Source: Paraspadella gotoi (taxonomy: Eukaryota > Animalia > Chaetognatha). Taken from it: a stretch of DNA of 64,000 nt. Every line of letters starts with the position of its first letter. The first letter of the stretch is position 1. The notes under the pieces were generated by a model. The model was not told the DNA's origin. It saw only the letters and a list, made by a program, of their open reading frames with translations, and ran no database searches. The stretch spans positions 9,292,432 to 9,356,431 of the forward strand of contig CM119263.1 of assembly GCA_051294375.1 (NCBI GenBank), given 5' to 3'. Shown here in pieces: positions 30,781 through 42,265 of the stretch. The position numbers and the translations under genes are program-made.

Positions 30781-31085
30781 TTAATTATCACCAAAGAAAA
30801 ATAGAAGAGAAAAGATAAAAGATCGTTGAAGCGAGCGTGAGAGGCTGATCTTTCTCTTAGTGGATTCGAAGAGGTCGCGACGTGAGAGGCATCCCGGGAG
30901 ACGAAGAGCTTTTTCATCTCGACATCTCTGGAGACACGGTCGTTGACATCGGCTTCGCTGGAGACGCTCCTGACTTCATCCTCCCACGAAAGCATCATCG
31001 AAGATACGAAGGAAGTCCGAACTCTTCACGTAAAATAAAACATCCTCCAACGTCCAAGTCTAACAACATAAACAACACATTCAAC

Positions 31086-32556
31086 ATGTCGACCCCGGAA
31101 ACGGCCGTCAAGTATCAGAACCAAGACTACGACGAGCAACGCAAAAAGCTCTTGGCGAGCAAATCGCTGTTCGAGGACTCGTTCTTTCCAGCTCAGACCA
31201 GCTCGCTCTACTACAGCGAAGAGTGGACGGAGCAATTGGACTTGGAATCTGAGATCGAATGGCTTCGACCAGGGGTGAGCTTTAGGGTGTCGATTGAAAG
31301 CCCACAACTATGACAATGAGTCGAACAATCTATGTAATCATCACATTGTTTTGAGTCAATAAAAATGTTAAATCGTTAATAAATTATTTAATCAATCTAT
31401 TAACCAATCAATAAAATAAACAACTTCTCCAATCATAAATCTCTCAACCAGTCAAATATTAACGATCGATTTAGGACAGGAATATAATTCATTATAAAAT
31501 AATATAATAGTTGACCAACGATAGAATAATTATGTAATTCCTCAAATGGTTTCCCCATCATCGTCAGGAAGTCGTGCCCGACCCGCAAATGTTGGTGGGC
31601 GGCGCCAACCGCTTCGACATCAAGCAAGGTCAGGTCGGCGACTGTTGGCTCCTGGCGGCGATCGCGGCGCTGGCAGAGTCTAAGTCCATCTTCAGCTGCG
31701 TCGTCCCCGAGGGTCAGGAGTTCGACGACAAGTACTGCGGTATCTTTAGGTAAGTTAAATTCTGAACCCGAGTTCTTGAGAGAGAAATACTCAGAAACAG
31801 AAACGGAAAAGAGAAAATTGAAAAGAAAACGATATTAAGCATATAAAACAATTAAGCTAAAACAATTAGAGCTTTAAATTATTACAGTTTTTACTCAAAG
31901 TTTAATGCGAAATATAAACGAAAAAAAAAAAATTAAAAAGGATAACGTTTAGTTTTTAAAAATTAAAACAAAAATGAATAAAACTAAGTAAGTAAAGAAG
32001 AGATGAACCGAAGACAATTACATTTAACTCGAAAAAAGAAAGTCCGACACTTCGAACTCGACCGTTAATTAATTAAAAAAGATCATTAAACAAGATTCAC
32101 ATTTGCAACGGCTCTTATAATCGAATAAAGATAAATACGCTTTAACGGTGCTATTTTGTTTTATTTTTTAATTCTCGGTTTTCTTCCGTGGCGGAGCGCA
32201 GACCGCGAGTGTTCATTTCGAAGATCATCGAGAAGTTTAACGAAAACATTTATTGAGTTCAATAATAAAGTTATTTAATTTATTAAGGAGTTGAGAAGGA
32301 TTTCGTTGTCTCTTTAAATTCTAATGAATTAATTTCTACTTTATGCAGAAATCCAATCAAATTTACCTGTCCCCTTCCTTCCTGACAGGTTTCGGTTCTG
32401 GAGATTCGGGTCCTGGACGGAAGTCTGCATCGACGATCGACTTCCCTGCCACAGAACCGAAGACGGACCTGAGCTCATCCTCATGCAGAGCGAGGAGAAG
32501 AACGAGTTCTGGTCCGCCCTGCTGGAGAAGGCATACGCCAAGTAGAATTAATTAAT

Positions 32557-32623
<67 letters not shown>

Positions 32624-32633
32624 TTATTTATTT

Positions 32634-32708
<75 letters not shown>

Positions 32709-33615
32709 TATTTTTTTACAAATTTTTTTTTTTACCAAAAAAAAATTATTCAGCTACTTATGAAATTGGTACAACCAATATAAAAATTATCCATTCATTT
32801 AATAAATAAGCTATCTTGTCCCTGACTTTGGACAGGCTTTGGTGGTTTAAGGCCTCCATCACACTTACAAGATAATAACATAACAGGTTTCTGCAAGCTT
32901 TCAATCAAGACTCTCTCACAGTCTTAATTATTCACTCCCAGTGAACCTGGCTTCCCTATCAATGAAGTGGTATAATATTTCAATATTACAATATTTATAT
33001 AATTCTTATCGAAGTTCTTTATGAAATTGGTACAACCAATATAAAAATTATCCATTCATTTAATAAATAAGCTATCTTGCTATCTTATTTTATTTTACTC
33101 ACTTTTGCTTTGTTAATTGATTGATTAGATTGATTTGATTGATTGATTATTCAAATAACGTATTGATTAATTGGTTTAAATTCATTGATTTTCCGTTCCC
33201 CGCCGTCGCCAGATTGCACGGCACCTACCAAGCCTTAGAGGGCGGGGCGACGATCGAGGCGATGGAAGATTTCACGGGAGGCGTGGCCGAGATCTTCGAC
33301 CTGAAAAAGTTGCCGCCAGATGTCGATCTTTTTAAGGTCATGCTCAAGTCCCATAGCAAAGGATCGCTCATGGGGTAATGAGACTAATAAGAGAGAGTCG
33401 GGGGTTCAAATATAATCGCGGAAAATGATGGTTCATCGGTTCACCGCACTTTATCGCACCTGGCCCTGATCAGGTGTTCCCTCGTCACCGGAAAGATCGA
33501 AGACGCTCAAGACAACGTTTGATAAGCGGCCACGCCTACACCGTCACGGGCGTCTATGAGGTTAGACTCTCAGAATCAGGGTTGACGTAATTGGGCGAAG
33601 AAAATGAAAAAATCA

Positions 33616-33710
<95 letters not shown>

Positions 33711-36700
33711 TGGGTCGACCAATAACATTATATTCGGTTCGTTCGTTCGTTCGTTCGTTCGTTCGTTCGTTCGTTCGTTCGTTCGTTCGTTCGTCACGAT
33801 TTTCGCATTTTCAATTTCACATAATGATATAACTCATTTTTTCCAGGATGAAAAACTACAATTGGTCCGCGTGAGGAATCCCTGGGGCGAAGGTTAGTCT
33901 TTTTAATAATGATTCCTCTTTCGTGATTTTTTTTAAACGTGAAAGAAATTCAACGCAGGTGAGAAAGATAAAAAAAACTTTGGGTCGATGAGAGGAGGTT
34001 TGAAGATGATAGAGAACTGTTAGCGATGGAGGTTTTGCTTCCTTTTTAAAAACAAATTTAGATAAAGTACAAAAAAGTTTATCGAAGAAGTGTATAATTC
34101 GCAACATAGCTAACTTAAAATTCATTTTTCCCCCCCATTTCGCTAAAATTCGCCAGTGGAATGGAACGGCGCTTGGTCAGACGGTAAGTTAACTCAGCGA
34201 ATAAACGATCAGAGAAGGTCTGTAAAGCATGAGGAATATCTCGGAATCAGATTCCGAGGAGTGGAACACGGTTTCCGAAGACGTCAAGAAGAAATTGTTC
34301 AGCAACAGCGACGATGGAGAATTTTGGATGAGTTGGGAGGATTTCGCCGCCAACTGGACCAAAGTCGAGGTGATTGGTGGTCATGGTGGTTAGGGTGGTT
34401 GTTGAGGAGGTGGTGGTGGAGTGAGTTAATTTCAAATCACGTAAACGATTGTCTTTCTTTGTAAATGTAATAATGTAATAAATGTAACGAACAATGTAAT
34501 AAAAATAGTTCTAAAGGAAAAAAGTTTAAATTAATCGTTTGAAGACCTAAAAAGAAAAAACTAGTATGAATAGTACGTATAGGAGAAATTGTTTATAAAA
34601 AGCGAATTCTTGTAACTCGATTGTCCGTTGTGTTCCTCCAGCTGTTATTTTTTTTTTTAATTTCAATCTCGTTGAAAGGAATTCGTTCTTATCTTTTTTT
34701 TTCAAAATCGAGGATGTAAAATGCCGCCTGCAGAAATCATCGATTTTTTTGGAAACCCGGATTTGAAAAACCACAAAAACGTTCTTTATAAACAAGTTCC
34801 AACCAATATTTTTTTTGAAAAAAAAAATAGTAGCTAAAAAAAAAATCAAACAGCAGGGGAGGCCCTAATTCAATTTATATTGGTTTACTCGCGGCAAATT
34901 TAAACAATTTGGAATAGAATGAAAGAAGAATGAACCAAATGAGCGAAATGAGTTAGGGAAGAGTTCGAAAATGAAAAAGGGAAAAACAAAAAGTCTTATT
35001 ATAAAATAAAGCAACTGAAGAAGGAAACACGTAAACTAAAACAGGTTGATCTTATATGAAAACATAATACTTTATATTTAGGGCTTTAGTGATTATTTAT
35101 GTTAGTAAATAATAATACTGACGTCTACCTCAGATCTGCAACTTGAGCGCGGAATCGTCGGCGGATGAGAACGCAATCACGGGATGGAATTTTGTCCAGT
35201 TCGAAGGCCGATGGCTTCCCAATGCCACCGCAGGAGGCTGCATCAAAAACAAAGGTCAATGAGGGTAGTCTGGCAAGTTTCCTATGGGACGGGTTGGAAT
35301 ATCTTTACAAAACCTTGGGAATATTACCTTGGTACCAAAATAAGAGATTTGAGATAGAACGATTTTTTGTCTACAAAGCCAAAAGGTTCGTAATAAAAAT
35401 CGGGTTACTCCAATATGCAAATGAGATTAACGTTTCACAGTAAAATTTTAATTTAATAAAAACTTATTAATCTAATATAAAAATTTAAATAAATGTTATA
35501 AAATCAAATTAAAAAGCTAGTATGTATAGTTTGATCAGTAGATAGGATAAAAAAAATAATATTAAGCAATAAAAAGCGCAGGAAAATACTATTGCAATGA
35601 AGGTTTCTTGTAACTTAATCCTTAAAGATAGTAAGACAGTGAAGCAATGACAAAAACCCATTGAGACAGAGAAAGATTCAGTTCAATCAGTTTTTTGTTT
35701 AGCTCATAACCATATTGGTACTGTTCACTTGAATAATATTAAAATACTTTAATCGCAAGGATTCTTCAGATGCTTTCCTTTCCAGTGCTCTCTTCAATTA
35801 ACTTCAGAGAAACAGAGTAAAAACTATGTAAACCGTCTCGTAACTCGCCGTTCAACAAAAAAAATTTAAATTGCTCTTCGCGAAATGCTTTGTTTTGATT
35901 TTGCTTACAATTAATAATTCTTCCATCAGTCGTAATACTATGCCACCCAAAGATAATCTTTGAAGAAATTTGTGACTTAGTGAGCGATGTAAAAGAATTG
36001 GATACAACAAAAAATGGGAAATCTCCACACCGCCGAAATGCGCCGAATTCGCCGGTGACTTCGTTGGCGACTTTGACGGCGACTTTGCTGGCGATTTTGC
36101 CATTGACTTTACCATCGACTTTACCATCGACTTTGCCATCGACTTTGCCATCAACTTTGCCATCGACTTTGCCATCGACTTCGTGGCATTTTTGCGAAAA
36201 TAAAGGTTTTTGTCTTTTATTCCATTTTTTTAAAGAATCAAATGAGGAATTTTGAGAAGAAGAATTTAATTTTTTTTTTTTTTTGTTGAACAGCGAGTCC
36301 ACTAGGCGGTTTGCATAGTTTTTACTGTCGAGGGTCGCGCGTTCGATGCGTCGGCCGTCGGATGAACTGGCTGTAACAGGGAGCAAGGTTTTATAAATCT
36401 CAAAGAGATATAAATGACGAATAAATCGTGAATAAGTTTATTCTTGTAGAAGTAAATAAATGGGGAAATAAGGGTCGTACAATAAATTCGTAAAGAAAAT
36501 CCTTGGATTTCGTAAAAACTACGGTTCCAGATGGCCGATCTTTTCCTGTGAAACGATAATGATCGAGTGTCATGGGTAAGGGTCAGTTTTATCAAATTCA
36601 ACTTTTAATTATTATAAGGCCTATATCCAGCAATTATACTTTTGGCACAATCTGTATCTTTCTCTCTGCTCTGTCATTATCTTGGACACTACGGCGAAAA

Positions 36701-39700
36701 AAAATCCACTTTTTCACATCGAAAAAAACCGTATTTGATGGCTGAATTTTACAAAGGTATAGAAATATAAAATAAAGCTTACTGAACGATGAAGCGATTG
36801 GTCCAAGTCCCAATAAAATCGAATAAAGCGTTCGAAAGTTATAGGACGACAAAGTCGATTGGTACAAAAATTGGGGAAAAAAATTAGTTTTCGTCAAAAA
36901 GAATCAATGATTTTTCCCTATTAAAAATGTTTATAATATGTAATAATATAATTTTCTTGCACTAATCGATAGCTTATTAAAAAAGCTATATTTTTAAAAA
37001 TATTTTCTTAGACATTATGATCCTTTCGTTTTGTTGTGGTTGAGATTTAGAGAAGAGTTTGAAATGGATTCAACAACGATTTATTTGAAACAATAATAAT
37101 AACGGACATGTTTCGGCTCTTTTTCAAGCGCAGATGAAGGGTTGAACAAGAGCCGAAATATGTCCGTTATTATTATTGTTTCAAATAAATCGTTATTTAA
37201 TCCATTTCAAACTCTCCTCTAAATATTTTCTTAAAATTAAAAAGAAATAGTTGTTGTACCAATTTGATAATAAAAATGAAAAAAAATACAAATTGGTAAA
37301 AATTCGATAGCCATGTTAATGTTATTAGATAAATTAGCTTTTTCAAATATTTTTTTATTATACAGAATTCACATAAACAACTATCAAAACAAATTAAAAC
37401 TTATTTCCTAATTGTTTTTTAAAAAATAGTTATTATTAATTTGTTTATGCTCTCTTTTGCCTTATATTCAACCTTACGATGACGCATTAATCTCATTTGC
37501 ATATTCGAGTCAATCGATTTTTATTACTAACCTTTTGAGCATAATTGACCGACTGGTTGTGTATCTAATTTCCATTAAATATGGTTCTGATCATATTTTG
37601 AAAGTTTTTTGAAAATCTGAATCTAGATTCAGGCACTAATGAGGGTCCATCAATGAATTGGCCAATGATTTCAATTTAAAAAAGAAACGATATAAATATT
37701 CTTTATCTATCGGGAATTGTTCCGTTTGCAGATACTTTCTCGAACAATCCTCAGTTCCTGATCAATTTACAAGACGGGGATGAAGACGACGACGACCTCT
37801 GCACGACCCTCATCGCCCTCATGCAAAAGGATCGCAGGAAGGGTGAGACTCTTTCCAAAAAAAACCAAAAAAAAACTTAAACTTAATGTATTTAAAAAAA
37901 TACTACTCAAATATTAATGATAAGTTATCTAACAGTCACCTTGAAATCTCCTTTTAACATAAATTCTGGATCATCTCTACCAATCAATTAATTTTCCACC
38001 AGGTCGACAATTCAACTTGAAGATGCTGGCCATCGGTTTCATGCTGTACAAAGTGGATGAGTCTCATGTGGCGATTTTAAAATCCGGAAAACTACTCCCG
38101 CGCGAATTCTTCTACAAGAACAAACCGTCGAACAAAGTCATGTTTTCAAATCCGAGGTGAGATACAGATTTGCCTGGTGTGGCGGTATATGCACACCGCC
38201 TCACATCCATCATAATTCAGCCAATCTCATTGGCTCAGAGGGGGAACGCACCATCCTCGGCGTTGCGTTCCATCCACATTCCACAGTCCTGACGACTTCC
38301 TTCTGCGTTGGCAAAGCGAGACCGTCCTAGGGTAACCGCGCCAGTGACAGGAGGCGTCACTGAGGGTCGGAAACCCCCAAAGCCAACCCGGTTGTTGCCA
38401 TCCTGGACGGTTAATTGAGTCCAGAATTCACATTTTAGATAATTTTATGAATGAACAAATGGACTGATTATTTTATTATCAATTATCTTGCTCCATGATT
38501 GACTCTTCAATTGACCCCAGAGAATTGTCCGTCCGCCTCAAACTGGTGCCGGGCGACTACGTCCTGGTTCCATCGACCTTCGGAACGAACGAGCAGGGCG
38601 ACTTCATCCTCCGAGTCTTCAGCGAAGGCGGGCAGAATTCTGACAGCCTGGACAAGCCCTCGGGGATCGATGAGAGCAAGGCTTTCGCCTCCGACCAAAT
38701 TCAGGTGGACCGTCGTCATGGTTACGGTGGTTGTTCGTCGTCCATTTCATCTTCTTATCTCCGGTTGTCGTTCGTTGATAGTTCGTTCCTTCGTTGTTGT
38801 CTTTGACTGTCGTGAATCGAATTGTTCAATGACAGTGAATCGTCCTTGATTCATCCTCCGTTGATTCATTCAACATCAAAGTTCCTCAAATGCTTCAATC
38901 ATATTCTAATCTGTCGAACTGTCGCTCCATCTATTCGCTTTTTTCATTGCTCTTTCAATCAACCAAATGTCGATATAACTTTCCATACAATCATTTCCAT
39001 CGCTTGTTCTTGTTGATCCAAACGCCGTCATCCTTATTCCTTCTCAGGACGACCCCGAACAAGAGAAGAAATTTTTCAACTTCTTCAAACGCATCGCCCG
39101 GGACGACTGCGAGATCGATACTTGGGAGCTGCAGGGATGCCTCGACGAAGTCTTCTACAAAGGTGGGCGCGAGAAGGCATTGCGCCGTGGCGGGCTGGTT
39201 CAACTTACGACTTAAATGATCGGGATTCCTCGCACATTGGAGGAGGCGTAATGCCACCCGTTTAACCACTGCACTCCAGTGGTCGGTGTCACCCCAGGCC
39301 CGTCGATCGTTGATCGAAGACTAGCGGTTTATTTTATCAATCTCGTTGGACATGATTTTGCCACCTTTTTTTTTCAAACCACAATTTTTTTTTCACGTTT
39401 TGCTCTCAGACAAAGAGCTGACCAAGTTCAAGGGATTCTCCGATGTCACCTGCAAGGCCTTGATTTCTCTCATGGACGATGACCTTTCGGGTCAACTCGG
39501 TTTCGACGAGTTCACCAAACTTTGGCGGGACATTTCCATTTGGAAGGTGAGCGGAGCTGATTTGTTGCAGTAAAATGGGCTTTGGTAACTCGCGCATAAA
39601 CAAGGCAAAAATAGAATTCGAGGACAAAGAAATCAATAATTAATGAAAAATTAATAAAAAAAATTTGGTTGCTTAAAATCCGCCATCGGTTCCTTGCCTT

Positions 39701-40769
39701 TCATTGGTGTTGGAGGCAAGGCATTCGCTTCCCAACCCAAAGGGGTTTATAGCACGGTGGCCGCCTAACATAGTGTTACAGCCTGATCCGAAGCTCATTT
39801 TGAACGGTTCTATCACTTTCTCATAACAAATATTCTGTCTCTTCAAAATTTAAGTGGAGAGCTGACTAGTACTAACAGAGCCTTTTAAGGAAAAGTTCTC
39901 GCTTAATCGTCGACATTCTACATACTACTACGTATCAGAATGATTGTTTTAGCCACGAAACGGCGATAATTGTACAATATATTTTTTATTAATACTAAAC
40001 TTAATATTAAAATAATAATCAATGATTTAATCCACAAGAGTTCATCAACTTTTAAAACAAATGTTCATTCGCGTTTCCACAAGAGATTGTTCCTGACATA
40101 TCTATTACAAAAAATCTATCAAGCAGTAATTAAATAGTAATAATGCTTACAACGATTCCAATGAAATCAAAAAATAATTACGTTAAACATTGTGGATGTA
40201 TGATTTACTCTCTACTACAAAGTCACAATCCTACCACATCCAACTTTCCCAGGCCATCTTCAAGATGTACGACGAAGACAAGAGCGGTGGGTTCGACGGC
40301 TTCGAACTACGCGAGGCTTTGACGGATTCGGGCTACACCTTCAGCTCTCTCTCCTACGGAACCATCGTCCGCATCTTCGCCGGACAGGACGGCCAGATCG
40401 GCGTCGACAGCTTCATCAGATGCATGGCCTCGCTCAAGCGGATGGCCAGTGAGTGATTTGCATGTGACAGGGATCGTTGTTTTAGTTTCAGATGGAGGAC
40501 GTGTGAGGCTTAGAAATAGGCAAGGGTATTTGACATGTTATTTAGTAAAAATTTTGAATGGTTTTATGTCGTGCGAGGACAAACATGTCCAATATCGCTC
40601 ATTCTTCAGTAACAGTTTTAGTAAGAGTAACTAAGGGTGTTGTGGAAAATTATATTATTTTTAGTAATAATAAAACTTTTTTACGTTTTTTTTCTCAGTC
40701 ACAATCAAAGAATTCGCCAAAAAAGGAATCAAGCTGGACATCGACGATTGCATCGCGAATTTCCTATGA
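31086..40769 (+). CDS. Classical calpain (CysPc, C2-like and penta-EF-hand domains); 1-nt frameshift in exon 5 as assembled
   Basis: Exons 31086-31274, 31568-31749, 32389-32541, 33213-33374, 33474-33560, 33847-33892, 34157-34183, 34251-34369, 35134-35254, 37732-37842, 38003-38156, 38521-38704, 39048-39162, 39410-39546, 40253-40448, 40699-40769. Catalytic motifs [20 protein letters not shown] and RNPWG. Also [29 protein letters not shown] and EF hands [13 protein letters not shown] and [13 protein letters not shown]. Confidence 0.93.
32555..32705. repeat. (ATTT)n microsatellite
   Basis: Near-perfect tetranucleotide run. Confidence 0.95.
32758..33079 (-). mobile_element. Small element with 61-bp terminal direct repeats and a hammerhead-like stem (Penelope pLTR/retrozyme-like)
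   Basis: 32758-32818 is identical to 33019-33079. The minus strand has AATTAAGACT-loop-AGTCTTGATT-GAAA-GCTT. Related fragments occur at 45472 and 56129-56240. Confidence 0.5.
36054..36182. repeat. 12-bp minisatellite (TTGCCATCGACT-like)
   Basis: About 10 degenerate units; they produce the spurious KVDG/STLP ORFs. Confidence 0.85.
37045..37224. mobile_element. Long inverted repeat (~80-bp arms), Penelope-like relic
   Basis: Near-perfect palindrome carrying GCCGAAACATGTCCG / GCCGAAATATGTCCG. The ends resemble those of 2911-3044 (caacgattt...aatcgttatttaa). Confidence 0.6.
38173..38406 (+). ncRNA. Unidentified structured intronic element, copy B (homologous to 4127-4371)
   Basis: Hairpins GGAACGCA/TGCGTTCC, CAGTGAC/GTCACTG, GGGT-CGGAA-ACCC and GTTGGC/GCCAAC; terminal CCTGG direct repeat. 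Confidence 0.5.
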
Positions 40770-41605
40770 GAATATCGGTTAGACTTGACGGTTTTACTTG
40801 ACGGCCTAAAAAAAAACAAACAAAAAACTAAGAAGATAATGAACAAAACACTTTTTACCAATGCACTGGGGTTTTGTTAGCTTGTTATCTTTTTGGAATG
40901 TTTCGTGTCTTTAAAATTAAGATTCTTTCAAACCTTATACACCATTGAACAACAAGAAGCTAATTTGGAAATGGCTCTATAAACTGTGAAACTTTTCTTT
41001 AATTTGTCTGGCATACTTCAGGGATTTATCTTTGTACTCACGTTTTTACAGTATTATGGCACTTTAACATAAAAAAAACTTCATTACAATCATAATTTGT
41101 TTTTATTTGGCAAAATTAAAGATTTAGGTTGAAAAAGGTACGTAATTAGGCCAAAAAATGTTCCGCTGAAAAGACTGCTTTTGAAAATGAGTGCGTCGAA
41201 ACACTAAACAATTATCACGATCAAACTCTCTTGAATTAGCACGATGATTACACGAAAAAAATTTTTTTTTTTACCTTCAGCTACGAAAATCGACCATGGA
41301 TCAAGCACATTCAATAAATTAGCAGCAAAATGCAAAATTTGGGTAGGCACACGCATAAAAATGTTTTGGTAGAAGACAGTCAATAAAGTGGGGGACATAA
41401 AATGACAATAAAAGGAAAAATTACAATGATAAAGAATGAATAGAAGCAATTGCTCCCCTTTGTTCGAACGACCAAGATTGACAAATTCAACGCGATTACG
41501 GATCCGCGCCCACCAACGCTGATGCTTTCCGGTATTCGCAAAGAAAAACTAGACACGCCCACAATTCTCACGCGAGCGGTCACGCGGATTCGGAGATTTT
41601 TTGTG

Positions 41606-41696
41606 TCAACATTTCGTCTGTTCACTAGAGGCTTCGTCAAGGATAGGAGTGTCCGTAGATCGGCCAACGGTCAGTGTTGGGCCAATGCTACAAGCT

Positions 41697-41735
<39 letters not shown>

Positions 41736-42265
41736 ACTCCCCCGCCTCTCGCAACGAGCCTCTTCAGATCGTCCAAGGATCTTGTCAGCACGCTGCCCCG
41801 TCGACTCTCGCTGGCGAAAGCGGCCGTGGCTTCAGAGACGCCCGCCTCCGCCGCGTCCACTTCCATTTGCTGCTGCTGCTGCTGCTCCTCGTCCACCTCT
41901 TTGATCTCCTCGAAAGTGACGGGCTGCGTCCGGAACCGCGCCGACATTCGATCCCGCGTGCGGCGTCGGTTGCGAACGACGGAAGCGGGCGAGCGCACGG
42001 CGACGGTGTTGACGACGCCAACGGCAACTGCGGCGACGCAGGCGCTCTCGGCGCCCTCTTCCACGGATTTGAGAATCGCGAAGGGACTCGACGAGAAACT
42101 GGATGCCCCAGTCGACGGAGAATGAGACGTCGACGGCGGAGTCTTTGGCGACGAGGACAAGACGGACAAAGATCCGGCCGGACTGAGGCTCTGAGGGAAT
42201 GGGCAGTCCATGCCCCGGAGGGTCAAGTCTTTGCGGGCGCGTGAGGGGGAGCACGTCGTCGCCAT
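41606..42265 (-). CDS. C11orf96-like (DUF4695-type) small protein, single coding exon
   Basis: 219-aa ORF with SARFRTQPVTFEEIKEVDEE (cf. recalled C11orf96 SRFKTQPVTFDEIQEVEEE), FPQSLSPA and LTRSLDDLKR. A candidate 5'UTR acceptor lies at 42471. Confidence 0.8.

Larger units (their letters stand above)
35380..37537. mobile_element. Putative non-autonomous DNA transposon with ~64-bp imperfect inverted repeats in calpain intron 9
   Basis: caaaaggttcgtaataaaaatcgggttactccaatatgcaaatgagattaa at 35380 matches the reverse complement of 37471-37537 (caaaaggttagtaataaaaatcgattgactcgaatatgcaaatgagattaa). Confidence 0.55.

Noticed and set aside
41450-42244. 264-aa and 174-aa plus-strand ORFs
   Set aside because: Antisense shadows of the GC-rich C11orf96-like CDS.
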